From Candidatus Binatus sp. (lineage in GTDB: Bacteria > Desulfobacterota > Binatia > Binatales > Binataceae): a stretch of 64,000 bases of DNA. A program made the position numbers and the translations under genes. Shown one piece after another: positions 19,288 to 28,127 of this stretch (positions within the stretch are counted from its first letter, which is position 1; each line of letters opens with the position of its first letter). The stretch spans positions 122,191 through 186,190 of the forward strand of contig NZ_JBAUYR010000036.1 in the NCBI RefSeq assembly GCF_049584895.1, in the 5' to 3' direction. The notes under the pieces were generated by a model. It saw only the letters and a list, made by a program, of their open reading frames with translations, did not search any database and was not told the origin of the DNA.

Positions 19288-20130
19288 TCACGCCAGGATG
19301 AATTCGTCGAGCATTTTGAAGAACCGATCCGGCTGGTCGCGATGCACCCCGTGGCCGGCGTTCTCGAACAATTCCAGCCGCGCGACTCCCGGCGCCATCG
19401 CGGCTGCGATGTCCTTCGAATCGGCAACCGGCAGAATCGGATCGAGTTCGCCCGCGGTAATCAGCGTCGGGCACTTTATTTTCCCGAGGTCGGGCAGAAA
19501 GTTTAAGGTGTGCGCTTCGTGCAGAAAAAAATCCGCGGTCAACTTCGGATTCATCACCGCACGCTGCATGAACTCCGGCGGCGACGGCTTGCGATTGTAC
19601 AGCGGGAGGCACTTTTTCTGATATTCGGCCATCGCCTCCGACCCGGGATTCTCGAAAAATCGGCGCGCCACCTCGCGCACTTCCGCGCCGCCGAGCTTCT
19701 CGAACATCTCCAGCGATCGATCCTGCCGGCTTACCGCCGCCGTGCTGCTCAGCACCAGCTTCGCGGGATGCTCCGGATGACGCGTCGCGTACGACATCGC
19801 AACCATCCCGCCGAACGAAACGCCGAGCACGATCGGCCGCTCAATTTCCAGCGCCTCGCAGAACGCGCGCACGTCGTCGCCCCATTGCGCGAGATTCCAC
19901 TTCGCCGAATCGCCGTGGTCACTGCGCCCGTTGCCGCGATGGTCGAGATACACGACCTGCGCGGTCTCGGCGAGCCGCGAGAAGTCGGGCTTGAAGTTCG
20001 AATGGTCGAAGCCAGGCCCGCCGTGCAGCAGGACTACCGTCGGCACCTCGCGGATCTTCGCGCCGTCGGGCCGCAGCTTCGCGCCTTCGACATCGAAGAA
20101 CAATCGAACGTCGCCAACTTGTACGCGCAT
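19288..20130 (-). CDS. alpha/beta-fold hydrolase (proline iminopeptidase-like)
   Basis: 'VLLHGGPG' and 'GVSFGG' nucleophile elbow. Start taken at ATG 20130 ('MRVQVGDV'). Confidence 0.8.
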   Translation of the reverse strand: MRVQVGDVRLFFDVEGAKLRPDGAKIREVPTVVLLHGGPGFDHSNFKPDFSRLAETAQVVYLDHRGNGRSDHGDSAKWNLAQWGDDVRAFCEALEIERPIVLGVSFGGMVAMSYATRHPEHPAKLVLSSTAAVSRQDRSLEMFEKLGGAEVREVARRFFENPGSEAMAEYQKKCLPLYNRKPSPPEFMQRAVMNPKLTADFFLHEAHTLNFLPDLGKIKCPTLITAGELDPILPVADSKDIAAAMAPGVARLELFENAGHGVHRDQPDRFFKMLDEFILA

Positions 20131-20184
20131 CGGCGGACTTCTAACGCGAACGCCCGCGAGGTGCAAACGAGAGAGGAATCAAAT

Positions 20185-20207
20185 GTGAAACCCACCGTGG
20201 GTTTCAC
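20185..20207. promoter_or_regulatory. perfect 23-bp palindrome GTGAAACCCAC-C-GTGGGTTTCAC, 54 nt upstream of the alpha/beta-hydrolase start; second copy at 28039-28061
   Basis: About 32 nt are shared between the two loci: AATGTGAAACCCRCCGTGGGTTTCACRCTTCC. Both copies lie 50-65 nt 5' of an alpha/beta-hydrolase gene. Confidence 0.5.
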
Positions 20208-20238
20208 GCTTCCGAGGAAGTTTTTAGGGCACGTCTAC

Positions 20239-20472
20239 TTAGCGCTCGATGCGCAGGTGGAAGAGGCCGTCGCGCACGGTCGACTCGAGTATCACGTAAC
20301 CTTCCGCCTCGGCCGCGCTCGGGATGTCGCGAGCGCCGCGCGGATCGTCGAGCGTCAGCTCGAGCACCTCGCCACGCGCCATCTGCTCGAGGCGCACCTT
20401 CGCGCGCGCCCAGTTGAGCGGACACTTGACCCCTCGCAGGTCGAGGTTAACGGCGGCTTCGCGCGCTTTCAT
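20239..20472 (-). CDS. TusA-family sulfurtransferase-like protein
   Basis: 'LDLRGVKCPLNWARAKVRLEQMARGEVLELTLDDPRGARDIP' aligns with TusA 'LDALGLRCPEPVMMVRK...LIIADDPATTRDIP'. The second Pro of the CPxP motif is absent. Confidence 0.7.
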   Translation of the reverse strand: MKAREAAVNLDLRGVKCPLNWARAKVRLEQMARGEVLELTLDDPRGARDIPSAAEAEGYVILESTVRDGLFHLRIER

Positions 20473-20537
20473 CCCATCAAATTCTTACCACACCCAGCTA
20501 CCGTGAATCCGCCGCGTGAAATGGTAAGCTGACGCCG

Positions 20538-21239
20538 ATGTTCCTCGAAAGTCCCGAACTCTACGATGCCATCTATCACTTCAAGAATTACGCGCACGAG
20601 TGCGAGATTCTGCGCGCCGTCATTGCGGTGGCCGCTCCGGGCGCACGCACGATTCTCGACGTCGCATCCGGCACCGGCGAGCACGACAAATTTCTGAAAA
20701 ATCATTACTCAGTCGACGGCATCGATCTAAACGAAAACTACCTGCCCGCGGCGCGCCTGAAGAATCCCGCGGGTCACTACACCCGCGCCGACATGACCGA
20801 CTTCGATCTGGCGACGACCTACGACGCGGTTACGTGCCTGTTCAGTGCAATCGGCTACGTCAAAACCGTCGAACGCATGAATCGCGCGGTCGCATGCATG
20901 GCGCGTCACGTAAAACCCAGCGGCGTGCTGATCGTCGAGCCGTGGATAACTCCAGAAAATTGGAAGCCCGGCAACACTTTCATTCATGCCGGCGAAATCG
21001 GCCCGGACAAAGTTTGCCGCATGAGTTTGAGCGGCCAGGAAGGCAACCTGTCAACCACGCTCATGCACTATCTGAGGAGCACCTCCGCGGGCATCGAGCA
21101 CTACAGCGAACGCCTCGAGCTCGGCTTGTTCACGCGCGACGAGATGACCCACGCATTCGAGTTAGCGAACATGGACGTCCGCTACGACACCGAAGGCCTG
21201 ATGGGCCGCGGCCTCTACATCGTCCGTCCGCGCCCATGA
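20538..21239 (+). CDS. class I SAM-dependent methyltransferase
   Basis: Motif I 'ILDVASGTGE'. Motif post-I 'VDGIDLN'. 233 aa. Confidence 0.8.
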   Translation: MFLESPELYDAIYHFKNYAHECEILRAVIAVAAPGARTILDVASGTGEHDKFLKNHYSVDGIDLNENYLPAARLKNPAGHYTRADMTDFDLATTYDAVTCLFSAIGYVKTVERMNRAVACMARHVKPSGVLIVEPWITPENWKPGNTFIHAGEIGPDKVCRMSLSGQEGNLSTTLMHYLRSTSAGIEHYSERLELGLFTRDEMTHAFELANMDVRYDTEGLMGRGLYIVRPRP

Positions 21240-21435
21240 GTGAGTCCGCTGGCCGCGGGCCTGGATCCTCACCCGCAGCGGCTCAGCGTATTTAACTCGG
21301 CTCCGACGCGGCCGCGGCCATGTGTTCTCCGCCGTTGTGCTACATGGATCTTCGCGGGCTCGGGTTCGAGGCGCCCGAACAAAGTCGGACGCCTCGTTTC
21401 TCCGATAATTGGATTAAGCGAATCCGGGATCTTAC

Positions 21436-21951
21436 TCAGGGGCAGCTCGCGCTGGTCACGTCGAATGTGTAGTCGAAGGTTCCCTTCAGCACTTGACCGA
21501 AGCATTTCTTCGACAGATGGTACATGCCGGTTAGATCGCCGGAATTCGAGATTGTACCATGAAATGAGATGTTGCAGCCCTTTCCGTGGAAGCCCAACTC
21601 GAAATCCTGACTATTGGCCTTCCCTTTGAGTGGCCCCGATGCAGAGCCCAAGCTGGGTATGTCGAGCTCAGCGCCTGTGCCGACACCAAGTTTAGTCCCA
21701 TCTTGAACGAAGAACAGGAATCCTGTCCCCGCGCCGTTCTTAGTGTCATCGATCGTTCCGCTCCAGCATCCGTTTAGATCGAGCGGCGGCTTCTTCGAAT
21801 CGGGCTGCGTGGAAGCCTCGCCCGTGCTGGGCGAAAGATTCCATGACCCGTCATCCTGCGCTATTGCTGCCGTGGACGATGCAGCAACAAACGCCGACAG
21901 AATGAGTCCCGCGGCTCCTGAAGCCATCAAAAGGCTACCGATCCGATTCAT
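21436..21951 (-). CDS. hypothetical secreted protein (low-GC gene)
   Basis: Signal peptide 'MNRIGSLLMASGAAGLILSAFVAASSTAAIA'. SD GGAGGAG 7 nt upstream. GC roughly 55% versus about 65% for neighbours. Confidence 0.6.
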   Translation of the reverse strand: MNRIGSLLMASGAAGLILSAFVAASSTAAIAQDDGSWNLSPSTGEASTQPDSKKPPLDLNGCWSGTIDDTKNGAGTGFLFFVQDGTKLGVGTGAELDIPSLGSASGPLKGKANSQDFELGFHGKGCNISFHGTISNSGDLTGMYHLSKKCFGQVLKGTFDYTFDVTSASCP

Positions 21952-22003
21952 ACTGATTGTCTCCTCCTACTGAATCTCGAAGCTACGTAAATGTAGTGAA
22001 CGC

Positions 22004-22032
22004 CCCCGTTGGAATTATGCATTGAACGCGTA
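22004..22032 (-). promoter_or_regulatory. sigma70-like promoter (TTGCAT-N17-CATAAT on the minus strand) inside an AT-rich island, about 75 nt upstream of the secreted-protein gene
   Basis: Minus-strand reading: aatTTGCATcaagtacgcgttcaatgCATAATtcc. Lies in the 22000-22140 AT-rich stretch. Confidence 0.4.
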
Positions 22033-22317
22033 CTTGATGCAAATTAATGTTTGACTATGCCTTTAGTTGAAATCATACGCTTTTAAACGTTAATTAGTTT
22101 TTGTTGGTTCAAAATTACCTAAACTGCGGCAAGAGGTCCCGCTAGCGCTGGATCGAGGTGGAATACGGCCCGCCGGAAGGAGAGCGTCTAATCTAGATTC
22201 TGCGGTGCGCTGACCTGCCACGACAATGAGGCTCAGCGCATCTCATGGCTAAGTCCTACTTCGTCGGCTGCCTGGCAACTCTGTGTCTAGCGCTGGATTT
22301 GATGAAAACCCACGCTG

Positions 22318-23403
22318 CTAGCCGCCGATTTGGTACATCGAGCGGTCCTGCGTCGAGCGGCCTTCCAGCAGGTGGTGGCCTGTGGGCTTCAGCTCGACTG
22401 CGCGCTTCAGGATTCGGGCTACGTCGGCTATCACATCGCTTGAGTTCGAACGCAGCGCTTTGCGGACGTCGAGTTCGTCATCGTTAAGCAGGCACAGGTG
22501 GAACTTTCCGTCTGCCGTCAGGCGCATCCGGTTGCAGGTTCCGCAGTACGGCTCGCTCACCGGGCTGATGAAACCGATCACGCCGCGCGCGCCCGCAAGC
22601 TGGTAGTTGCGCGATTCGTCGGCCAGGTTTTCCGACGGGATTTCGACGAGCGGGCCCAGTGCCGACTCGATTCTGCGCCGCGTTTCGATGTTCGAGACGT
22701 AGCGCTTCATCGACAACGTCGCGCATTCGCCGCCGCCGAGCGGCATCAGCTCGATAAACCGCACGTGCCAGTCGCGCTCAACAGTCAACCGCGCAAGCTC
22801 GACGACATCGGATTCGTTGTAGCCGGCCGTCACCACCGAGTTGAGCTTTATCGGCGTGAGTCCCGCCTCTTCCGCCGCGACGATCCCGCGCCAGATTTTC
22901 TCGAAGCTGCCCCATCGCATCTGCCGCTCGACGGTCGCCGGATCGAGGCTGTCGAGATGCACATTGATGCGATTCAGCCCCGCGTGTTTCAATGCGGGCG
23001 CAAGATCCGTGAGCAGCAGCGCGTTGGTGGTCAGTGCGAGACCTTCCACGCCGGGAACGCGCGCGAGGCGCTCGACTATCTCAACCAGATCGAGCCGCAA
23101 AGTAGGCTCGCCGCCCGTCAGCCTGAATTTTCGAAAGCCCACGCTCACCGCAGAGCGCGCGACGGTTTCAAATTCTGCCGGCGTCAGCAGCTCGTCCTTG
23201 GGGAGGAAGCGGATGCCCTCCAGCGGCATGCAGTAGACGCATCGCAGGTTGCATGCGTCGATAACCGACATGCGCAGGTAATCTATTTCACGATTGAACG
23301 AGTCGCGGGGCACACTCCCATAGTTATCGGAGCCGCCCGCACGAAACAACGTCGCCGCGCGCCTAGTGAACGTTTCGCGCCGAGCCACATCCATCCAGCA
23401 CAA
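22318..23403 (-). CDS. moaA: GTP 3',8-cyclase MoaA (radical SAM, molybdenum cofactor biosynthesis); exact start uncertain
   Basis: 'IDYLRMSVIDACNLRCVYCMP' CxxxCxxC radical-SAM motif. 'LTGGEPTLR'. C-terminal Fe-S Cys 'CGTCNRMR'. Confidence 0.9.
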   Translation of the reverse strand: MCWMDVARRETFTRRAATLFRAGGSDNYGSVPRDSFNREIDYLRMSVIDACNLRCVYCMPLEGIRFLPKDELLTPAEFETVARSAVSVGFRKFRLTGGEPTLRLDLVEIVERLARVPGVEGLALTTNALLLTDLAPALKHAGLNRINVHLDSLDPATVERQMRWGSFEKIWRGIVAAEEAGLTPIKLNSVVTAGYNESDVVELARLTVERDWHVRFIELMPLGGGECATLSMKRYVSNIETRRRIESALGPLVEIPSENLADESRNYQLAGARGVIGFISPVSEPYCGTCNRMRLTADGKFHLCLLNDDELDVRKALRSNSSDVIADVARILKRAVELKPTGHHLLEGRSTQDRSMYQIGG

Positions 23404-23506
23404 TTGAACCGGGCGAGCGTATCGCGAACTCGGGAAGAGTGCGCTAATTTGCTTGGATCATCGAACAGTTGTGAATCCAGGCTCGCCTATTATCATTGGT
23501 ATCGGG

Positions 23507-24184
23507 ATGAACACGAAGATGCTTTGTCGATTGGTCGGGAAGTTGCGGTTGAATGTGGGCTTGGTGCTGGCCGTCGCGATTTCGGCGTCGGGAATCCTCG
23601 CGCTCGCGTCGTCGAGCCGCGCCGCCGAGGCTAATCGCGCGGAATCCGACGCAGTGGTTGCCGAGGCGGAAAAGATGGTGATGCAGGCGGGGCACGCCGA
23701 TCCGGTCGATACGAAATTGATTCACCAGGCCATGGACAAACTGCATCTCGCGCTGAAAATCGATCCGCGCAACGATTCGGCCTACGTGGACCTCGGCTTC
23801 TGTTACGGCGTCCTGCGCGACGGCGACACGGCGATCGAGATGTACCGCACGGCGACCGACCTGAATCCGTCTGGCAGCAATTTCATCGAGTTGGCCGACG
23901 TGTATCTGCGCGTCGGCGACGCGGAAGATGCGCTCCTCGCGGCTAACGCGGGACTCGTCAAGGATCCTCACAACGCGCGCCTCTACAACGCCAAGGGCAT
24001 GGCGATGAACGATTTGCAGCGTTTCGGCGAAGCGGAAGAAGCGTGGGAGAAGGCGCTGCAACTCAATCCAAACCTGAGAGTCGCGCAGGCAAATCTCGAC
24101 GCATTAAACGGTGGCGCGTCCGGCCGCGGCAGCATCAGCAAGCATTCGGCGCAACAACCGCCCGAATACAACCCGACGCACTAG
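23507..24184 (+). CDS. tetratricopeptide-repeat protein with signal peptide
   Basis: TPR-like helices ('AYVDLGFCYGVLRDGDTAIEMYRTATDLNP', 'ARLYNAKGMAMNDLQRFGEAEEAWEKALQLNP'). N-terminal hydrophobic signal. Start ambiguous (23453 TTG, 23507 or 23519 ATG). Confidence 0.7.
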   Translation: MNTKMLCRLVGKLRLNVGLVLAVAISASGILALASSSRAAEANRAESDAVVAEAEKMVMQAGHADPVDTKLIHQAMDKLHLALKIDPRNDSAYVDLGFCYGVLRDGDTAIEMYRTATDLNPSGSNFIELADVYLRVGDAEDALLAANAGLVKDPHNARLYNAKGMAMNDLQRFGEAEEAWEKALQLNPNLRVAQANLDALNGGASGRGSISKHSAQQPPEYNPTH

Positions 24185-24208
24185 TGAGACGCGAGGGCGA
24201 GGTCTGAA

Positions 24209-24250
24209 AAGCGGAAGGCCGAGCCACTCTGGCCCGGCCTTTTCAATTCC
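24209..24250. terminator. bidirectional rho-independent terminator
   Basis: Stem AAGGCCGAGCC / GGCCCGGCCTT (10 of 11 bp), loop ACTCT. TTTC on the plus side, CTTTTC on the minus side. Lies between the TPR gene end and a convergent small ORF. Confidence 0.5.
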
Positions 24251-24688
24251 AAGGGATCGTTGATCACTTGTACGCGGCAGTGCGCTCGGGCTCAGCTTCT
24301 CGGCGGGCGCGGGCGACTCGTCGTCGGGAGCGAATCACCGAAACAAATCCAACGATGGCCACAAAGACCGCCAGCCCGGCTGGAACTCCAAATGCTTTCA
24401 ATGGCTCCATTTTTCAATCTCTCGTCAGGCTCAATCGCCTTCGGGCCTCATCCGTTCGATGATTAAACCCACCGCAAAAACTACAATACACCCAATCAGG
24501 AAATAAATCGTCACATTTAGAAGGAAAGCTTGAGCCCTATTGTCCTTCATCATGTTGTCCAACGCGAAGAAGACTGCCGACAACACCCCAATTTCGCGGA
24601 GTGTCTCGGCGGTCATCTCGGCGACTGTTCGCTTTCCCACGGGGCACTGGTCTACCACCTTTGTCCACAAAATGCGAAGTGATGTTGA

Positions 24689-24841
24689 CTACCAGCTTTC
24701 TTTTCCGACTGGCTTGCCCCAGTCGATCAAATCGTGACTGTTCTCTCGCGTAATCTGGTCAACCAAAGCGCGCAAATCGTATTGGCGACTGTCGGCTGGA
24801 ATCACCACTGGTTTGTCGTTGCAAATTTTCACTTTGATCAC
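24689..24841 (-). CDS. MazE-like antitoxin fragment (C-terminal half only, 50 aa); orphan, no MazF partner detected
   Basis: 'YDLRALVDQITRENSHDLIDWGKPVGKESW' aligns with E. coli MazE C-terminus '[30 protein letters not shown]'. 'VKICNDKPVVIP' aligns with 'VKIDLVDGKLIIEP'. GGAGGA SD 8 nt before GTG 24841. The N-terminal beta-hairpin of the AbrB fold is missing. Confidence 0.45.
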   Translation of the reverse strand: MIKVKICNDKPVVIPADSRQYDLRALVDQITRENSHDLIDWGKPVGKESW

Positions 24842-24912
24842 GGCACAAATCCTCCGCTTACGGAGCATCGCCGACGGACACTGCACGCCATCCTCCCCGG
24901 TGCGACTTGGAT

Positions 24913-25248
24913 CTAGCCGCCGGTGATCGGGCGCTCGGGCTCCGCCACGCAGTATGCGCATCGGCAGAGACTTCTGAGCTGCGACATCGTGTAGATAGTC
25001 TCGTGACCGTCAGCCCATCCGATAAACATCGCCGCGTCGCCCAGCCGCGAAAGCTGGCGCATCCGCGTCGACGCCGGCGGCACGTCGCCGCTCACGTTTC
25101 CCTTGCACACGTCGCAGGGGCATCCGCGGCGCAAATTCTCGAGCGGGAAGATGCTGTCGTGACCATCAACCCATTGCACGCCGACGGCGTAGCGCCCCAC
25201 TTCGTGCAGCCCTTTGATCTTCGGACTCTTTGACTTGATTAGCGCCAT
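24913..25248 (-). CDS. DUF971 (gamma-butyrobetaine hydroxylase-like N-terminal domain) protein
   Basis: Tandem motif 'W.DGH.S.F....LR..CPC..C' present twice. 111 aa. Confidence 0.75.
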   Translation of the reverse strand: MALIKSKSPKIKGLHEVGRYAVGVQWVDGHDSIFPLENLRRGCPCDVCKGNVSGDVPPASTRMRQLSRLGDAAMFIGWADGHETIYTMSQLRSLCRCAYCVAEPERPITGG

Positions 25249-25352
25249 CGGTGCAATCTTTGCCTGAGTATACCTCCCGCGCCGCCTGGTGTGGAGATGC
25301 TATTTTTTCGGCGATTCATACAAAACCTCGTTCAGGAAAGGAGTCTCGAATC

Positions 25353-25829
25353 ATGGATGAAAAAGCAAAAAAACAAGCACTGTTGATGATCCCTTACGGC
25401 CTGTTCGTGCTCGGCGCTGCTCACGGCGGCACTGCTACCGCGGCGACCGTCAACTGGGTCACGCAGGCCAGCTTCAATCCGCCGCTGGTGGTGGTCGGGA
25501 TCAAGAAAGACTCGGGCTCGCATGCGATGGTCAAAGATTCGAAAAAGTTTGCGCTCTCGATGCTCGCCGCCGGACAGAAAGGAATCGCGGGCGCGTTCTT
25601 TCGTCACGTCGAACCCAAGGACGGCAAGTTCGGTGACTTCGCATTCGAGAACGGCGCCAACGGCGCACCGATCATCAGCGACGCGCCCGCCTCGGTCGAA
25701 TGCGAGGTCGTCGGCTTTTACGAGCTTGGCGATCACAGCGTCGTGGTCGGCAAAGTCACCGACGCGCACGTCAAGCGCGACGCCGAAGCGCTCACGATGA
25801 AAGAAACCGGATGGAACTACGGCGGCTGA
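25353..25829 (+). CDS. flavin reductase-like (FMN-binding split-barrel) protein
   Basis: 'VNWVTQASFNPPLVVVGIKKDS' and 'SVECEVVGFYELGDHSVVVGKV' typical of the flavin reductase domain. SD GGAAAGGAG upstream of ATG 25353. Confidence 0.8.
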   Translation: MDEKAKKQALLMIPYGLFVLGAAHGGTATAATVNWVTQASFNPPLVVVGIKKDSGSHAMVKDSKKFALSMLAAGQKGIAGAFFRHVEPKDGKFGDFAFENGANGAPIISDAPASVECEVVGFYELGDHSVVVGKVTDAHVKRDAEALTMKETGWNYGG

Positions 25830-25841
25830 GCTGCTCACACG

Positions 25842-26978
25842 ATGCACAGCGCCGAGATCAACGTCGAGGAAGTGCGCAGCGCGCTCGAGCGGCTGACGGC
25901 CAACGCCAGTCGCGAGCTAGTTATCAAGCAACCGCATTGGGGCGACGCTATCCTGTGCGGCGGTCTGCTGGCCGCCGCGGGCGCGCTCAAGACGAATGCC
26001 CCAGTCGAGGCGGCGCATCGATGGTTCGATCCGAAGCTCGAAGCGGATCCGCGGACCGGCGGGTGGTTCTGGTTCTGGACTGCGGAAGCGGCGCCCGCGT
26101 TGAGCTTTTACATCAGGACCAAGCGTCCGGAGTATCTGGAGTACGCTCGCAAGGTTATCGAGACGCTCGAAACGACGGCGGCACGTACTCCGGACGGCGC
26201 AATTGTGCCGCACCCGCCGGCGCTCGAAGTCTGGGTGGACGTGAGCTATTTCACGGCTCCAAAGATGGCGACTTACGGCGACGTGGTGGGTGACCGCTCG
26301 AAAATCGAATGGGCCGCGGATCAGATACTGCTTCACGCGAAGTATCTGACCGATCCTGCGAGCGGCCTCCTGTGGCATGTCGCTTACGTGGAAAAGAATG
26401 GACACTCGCCCTGTCTCTGGGCGCGTGGCAACAGCTGGTTTTCGATGGCGTGCGCCATGGTCCTTGCGATCCTGGACCAGCAGGATCGAGGACCAGGGTT
26501 TCGCGGTCCCGACCCGGCAGGAAGTTTGCGCACGAAGCTCGATGCGATCGAAAGCGCAGTGGTGCGCCAGCTGAATGCTGTAATCAAGCTGCAGGACGAA
26601 TCCGGGCTGTGGCATACCGTAATCGACCGTCCCGATTCTTACCTGGAAGCATCGTCGGCTGCGGGATTTGCCTCCGCTCTCGGCTGGGCGATCTTCTTTC
26701 GATACCGTGGATTGGATCTCGCGCGCGCACGGACGGCTTACGTACGCGCGATCAATGCTATTTGTTCGAAGATCAATGCCAACGGAGAGTTAACCTGCGT
26801 TTCACAGCAGACTCCTCCCGGCGATTTCGACTTTTACAATTCGATCGAAGTCGGAACGGCTCCGTACGCTACCGGAATATGTCTTGGGGCTCTCAGTAAT
26901 GCGCTGCTTCGAAGCCGCGATCCGGCTCGAAAAAACGAGACGAACCGTGTATGGCTGACAAAACCAAAACAGTCGTAG
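25842..26978 (+). CDS. glycoside hydrolase family 88/105-like (unsaturated glucuronyl/rhamnogalacturonyl hydrolase-like)
   Basis: 'LLHAKYLTDPASGLLWHVAYVEKNGHSPCLWARGNSWFSMA' resembles the YteR/YesR 'LLHHEHLLDPETGLFYHAWDE...FWGRANGWVAMG' region. Confidence 0.7.
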   Translation: MHSAEINVEEVRSALERLTANASRELVIKQPHWGDAILCGGLLAAAGALKTNAPVEAAHRWFDPKLEADPRTGGWFWFWTAEAAPALSFYIRTKRPEYLEYARKVIETLETTAARTPDGAIVPHPPALEVWVDVSYFTAPKMATYGDVVGDRSKIEWAADQILLHAKYLTDPASGLLWHVAYVEKNGHSPCLWARGNSWFSMACAMVLAILDQQDRGPGFRGPDPAGSLRTKLDAIESAVVRQLNAVIKLQDESGLWHTVIDRPDSYLEASSAAGFASALGWAIFFRYRGLDLARARTAYVRAINAICSKINANGELTCVSQQTPPGDFDFYNSIEVGTAPYATGICLGALSNALLRSRDPARKNETNRVWLTKPKQS

Positions 26979-28012
26979 TGCTGCCGGGTGACGATGCGGC
27001 GCCGGAGGCGATGGGCGCGACGATGGACGCGTTGCGCGCGCTGAAGCTGCCAATCGATTACGTCGAATTTCCGCCCGGCGAGAAATGGGTGCGTGGCGAG
27101 ACTGACGCCGCCGCCCGCAAGGCAATCGACGGGTCCGACACGACGCTGTTCGGCTCGACCTCGGGCAAGACCACCGCCATCACCTATCTCAGATGGGGCA
27201 AGCAGACCTTCGCCAACGTCCGGCCGGTGCGCTACTCGAAGGGCTTCAATAGTCCGCTCGCCAAGCCCGACGGAATCGACTTCGTGATTGTGCGCGAGAA
27301 TCTCGAAGACCTGTATCTCGGACTGGAGGGCCCGCTCGAAGCGCTCGCTCCCCTCAAGCTGATGAGCAAGATTCTGCGTGCGCCGCTCGATACGTCGGAA
27401 CGCGGCATCTACGCGATCAAAGTGATCACCGAGCGTGCGACGCGCCGGGTCGCCGAGTTCGCCTGCCAGCTAACGATGAAGCGCAAACGTGCCGGCGGAA
27501 AGGGCAAGCTCACGTGCACCTCGAAGTACAACATGCTGCGTGAGTCCGACGGCTTGTTCAGGAAAGTTGTCGAAGAGACTGCGGCTAAATATCCTGAGAT
27601 AAAGTACGAACAGTTTATCGTGGACGACTTCGCGCGACGGCTGGTGCAATCGCCACACGATCTCGATGTAGTAGTGGCGCCGAATCTGTATGGCGATATC
27701 CTGTCCGACGCCGCTGCCGGAATTATCGGAGGCCTGGGTCTCGCGCCCAGCGGATGCTACGGCGCCGACTACGCGTACTTCGAATCGGTGCACGGCACCG
27801 CGCCCGATATCATGGGCATGGGAATCATCAATCCGTCTGCGACGATGCTCTCGGCTGCCTTGATGCTGGACTACCTGGGTTTCGCCGCCGAAGCATCGCG
27901 CCTCGACGCCGCCGTGCGCAAGGCCTACGCCGACGGCCGCGCGCTGACCCCAGACCAGGGCGGCACTGCCAAGACGTCGGAGTTCACGCGCGCGGTGATC
28001 GCGAATCTGTGA
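26951..28012 (+). CDS. isocitrate/isopropylmalate dehydrogenase-family NAD(P)-dependent decarboxylating dehydrogenase
   Basis: 'NLYGDILSDAAAGIIGGLGLAPSGCYG' signature. 'ESVHGTAPDI'. 353 aa. Confidence 0.85.
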   Translation: MADKTKTVVVLPGDDAAPEAMGATMDALRALKLPIDYVEFPPGEKWVRGETDAAARKAIDGSDTTLFGSTSGKTTAITYLRWGKQTFANVRPVRYSKGFNSPLAKPDGIDFVIVRENLEDLYLGLEGPLEALAPLKLMSKILRAPLDTSERGIYAIKVITERATRRVAEFACQLTMKRKRAGGKGKLTCTSKYNMLRESDGLFRKVVEETAAKYPEIKYEQFIVDDFARRLVQSPHDLDVVVAPNLYGDILSDAAAGIIGGLGLAPSGCYGADYAYFESVHGTAPDIMGMGIINPSATMLSAALMLDYLGFAAEASRLDAAVRKAYADGRALTPDQGGTAKTSEFTRAVIANL

Positions 28013-28038
28013 CTGTTAGATAGGTCACCCAATTTAAT

Positions 28039-28061
28039 GTGAAACCCGCCGTGGGTTTCAC
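28039..28061. promoter_or_regulatory. second copy of the 23-bp palindrome GTGAAACCCGC-C-GTGGGTTTCAC (one mismatch), 66 nt upstream of the epoxide-hydrolase-like gene; followed by hairpin GCAGGGGTAACCCCTGC (28072-28088)
   Basis: Shares the 32-nt AATGTGAAACCCRCCGTGGGTTTCACRCTTCC block with 20182-20213. Confidence 0.5.
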
Positions 28062-28127
28062 ACTTCCTTGGGCAGGGGTAACCCCTGCACCTTAGTGATA
28101 GAAGGATTTGTATCATAGGGTGAGATA

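Noticed and set aside
24265-24410. 48-aa minus-strand ORF MEPLKAFGVPAGLAVFVAIVGFVSVIRSRRRVARARREAEPERTAAYK (single TM plus Arg-rich tail)
   Set aside because: Too short, with no RBS and no homology evidence. It is mentioned under the MazE finding as context but not called as a gene.
24431-24690. Search for a MazF/PemK toxin partner downstream of the MazE-like fragment in all three minus-strand frames
   Set aside because: No frame shows the GDIxWVDFDP...RPAVVxS toxin signature. The only long ORF there is a hydrophobic 79-aa peptide unrelated to MazF.
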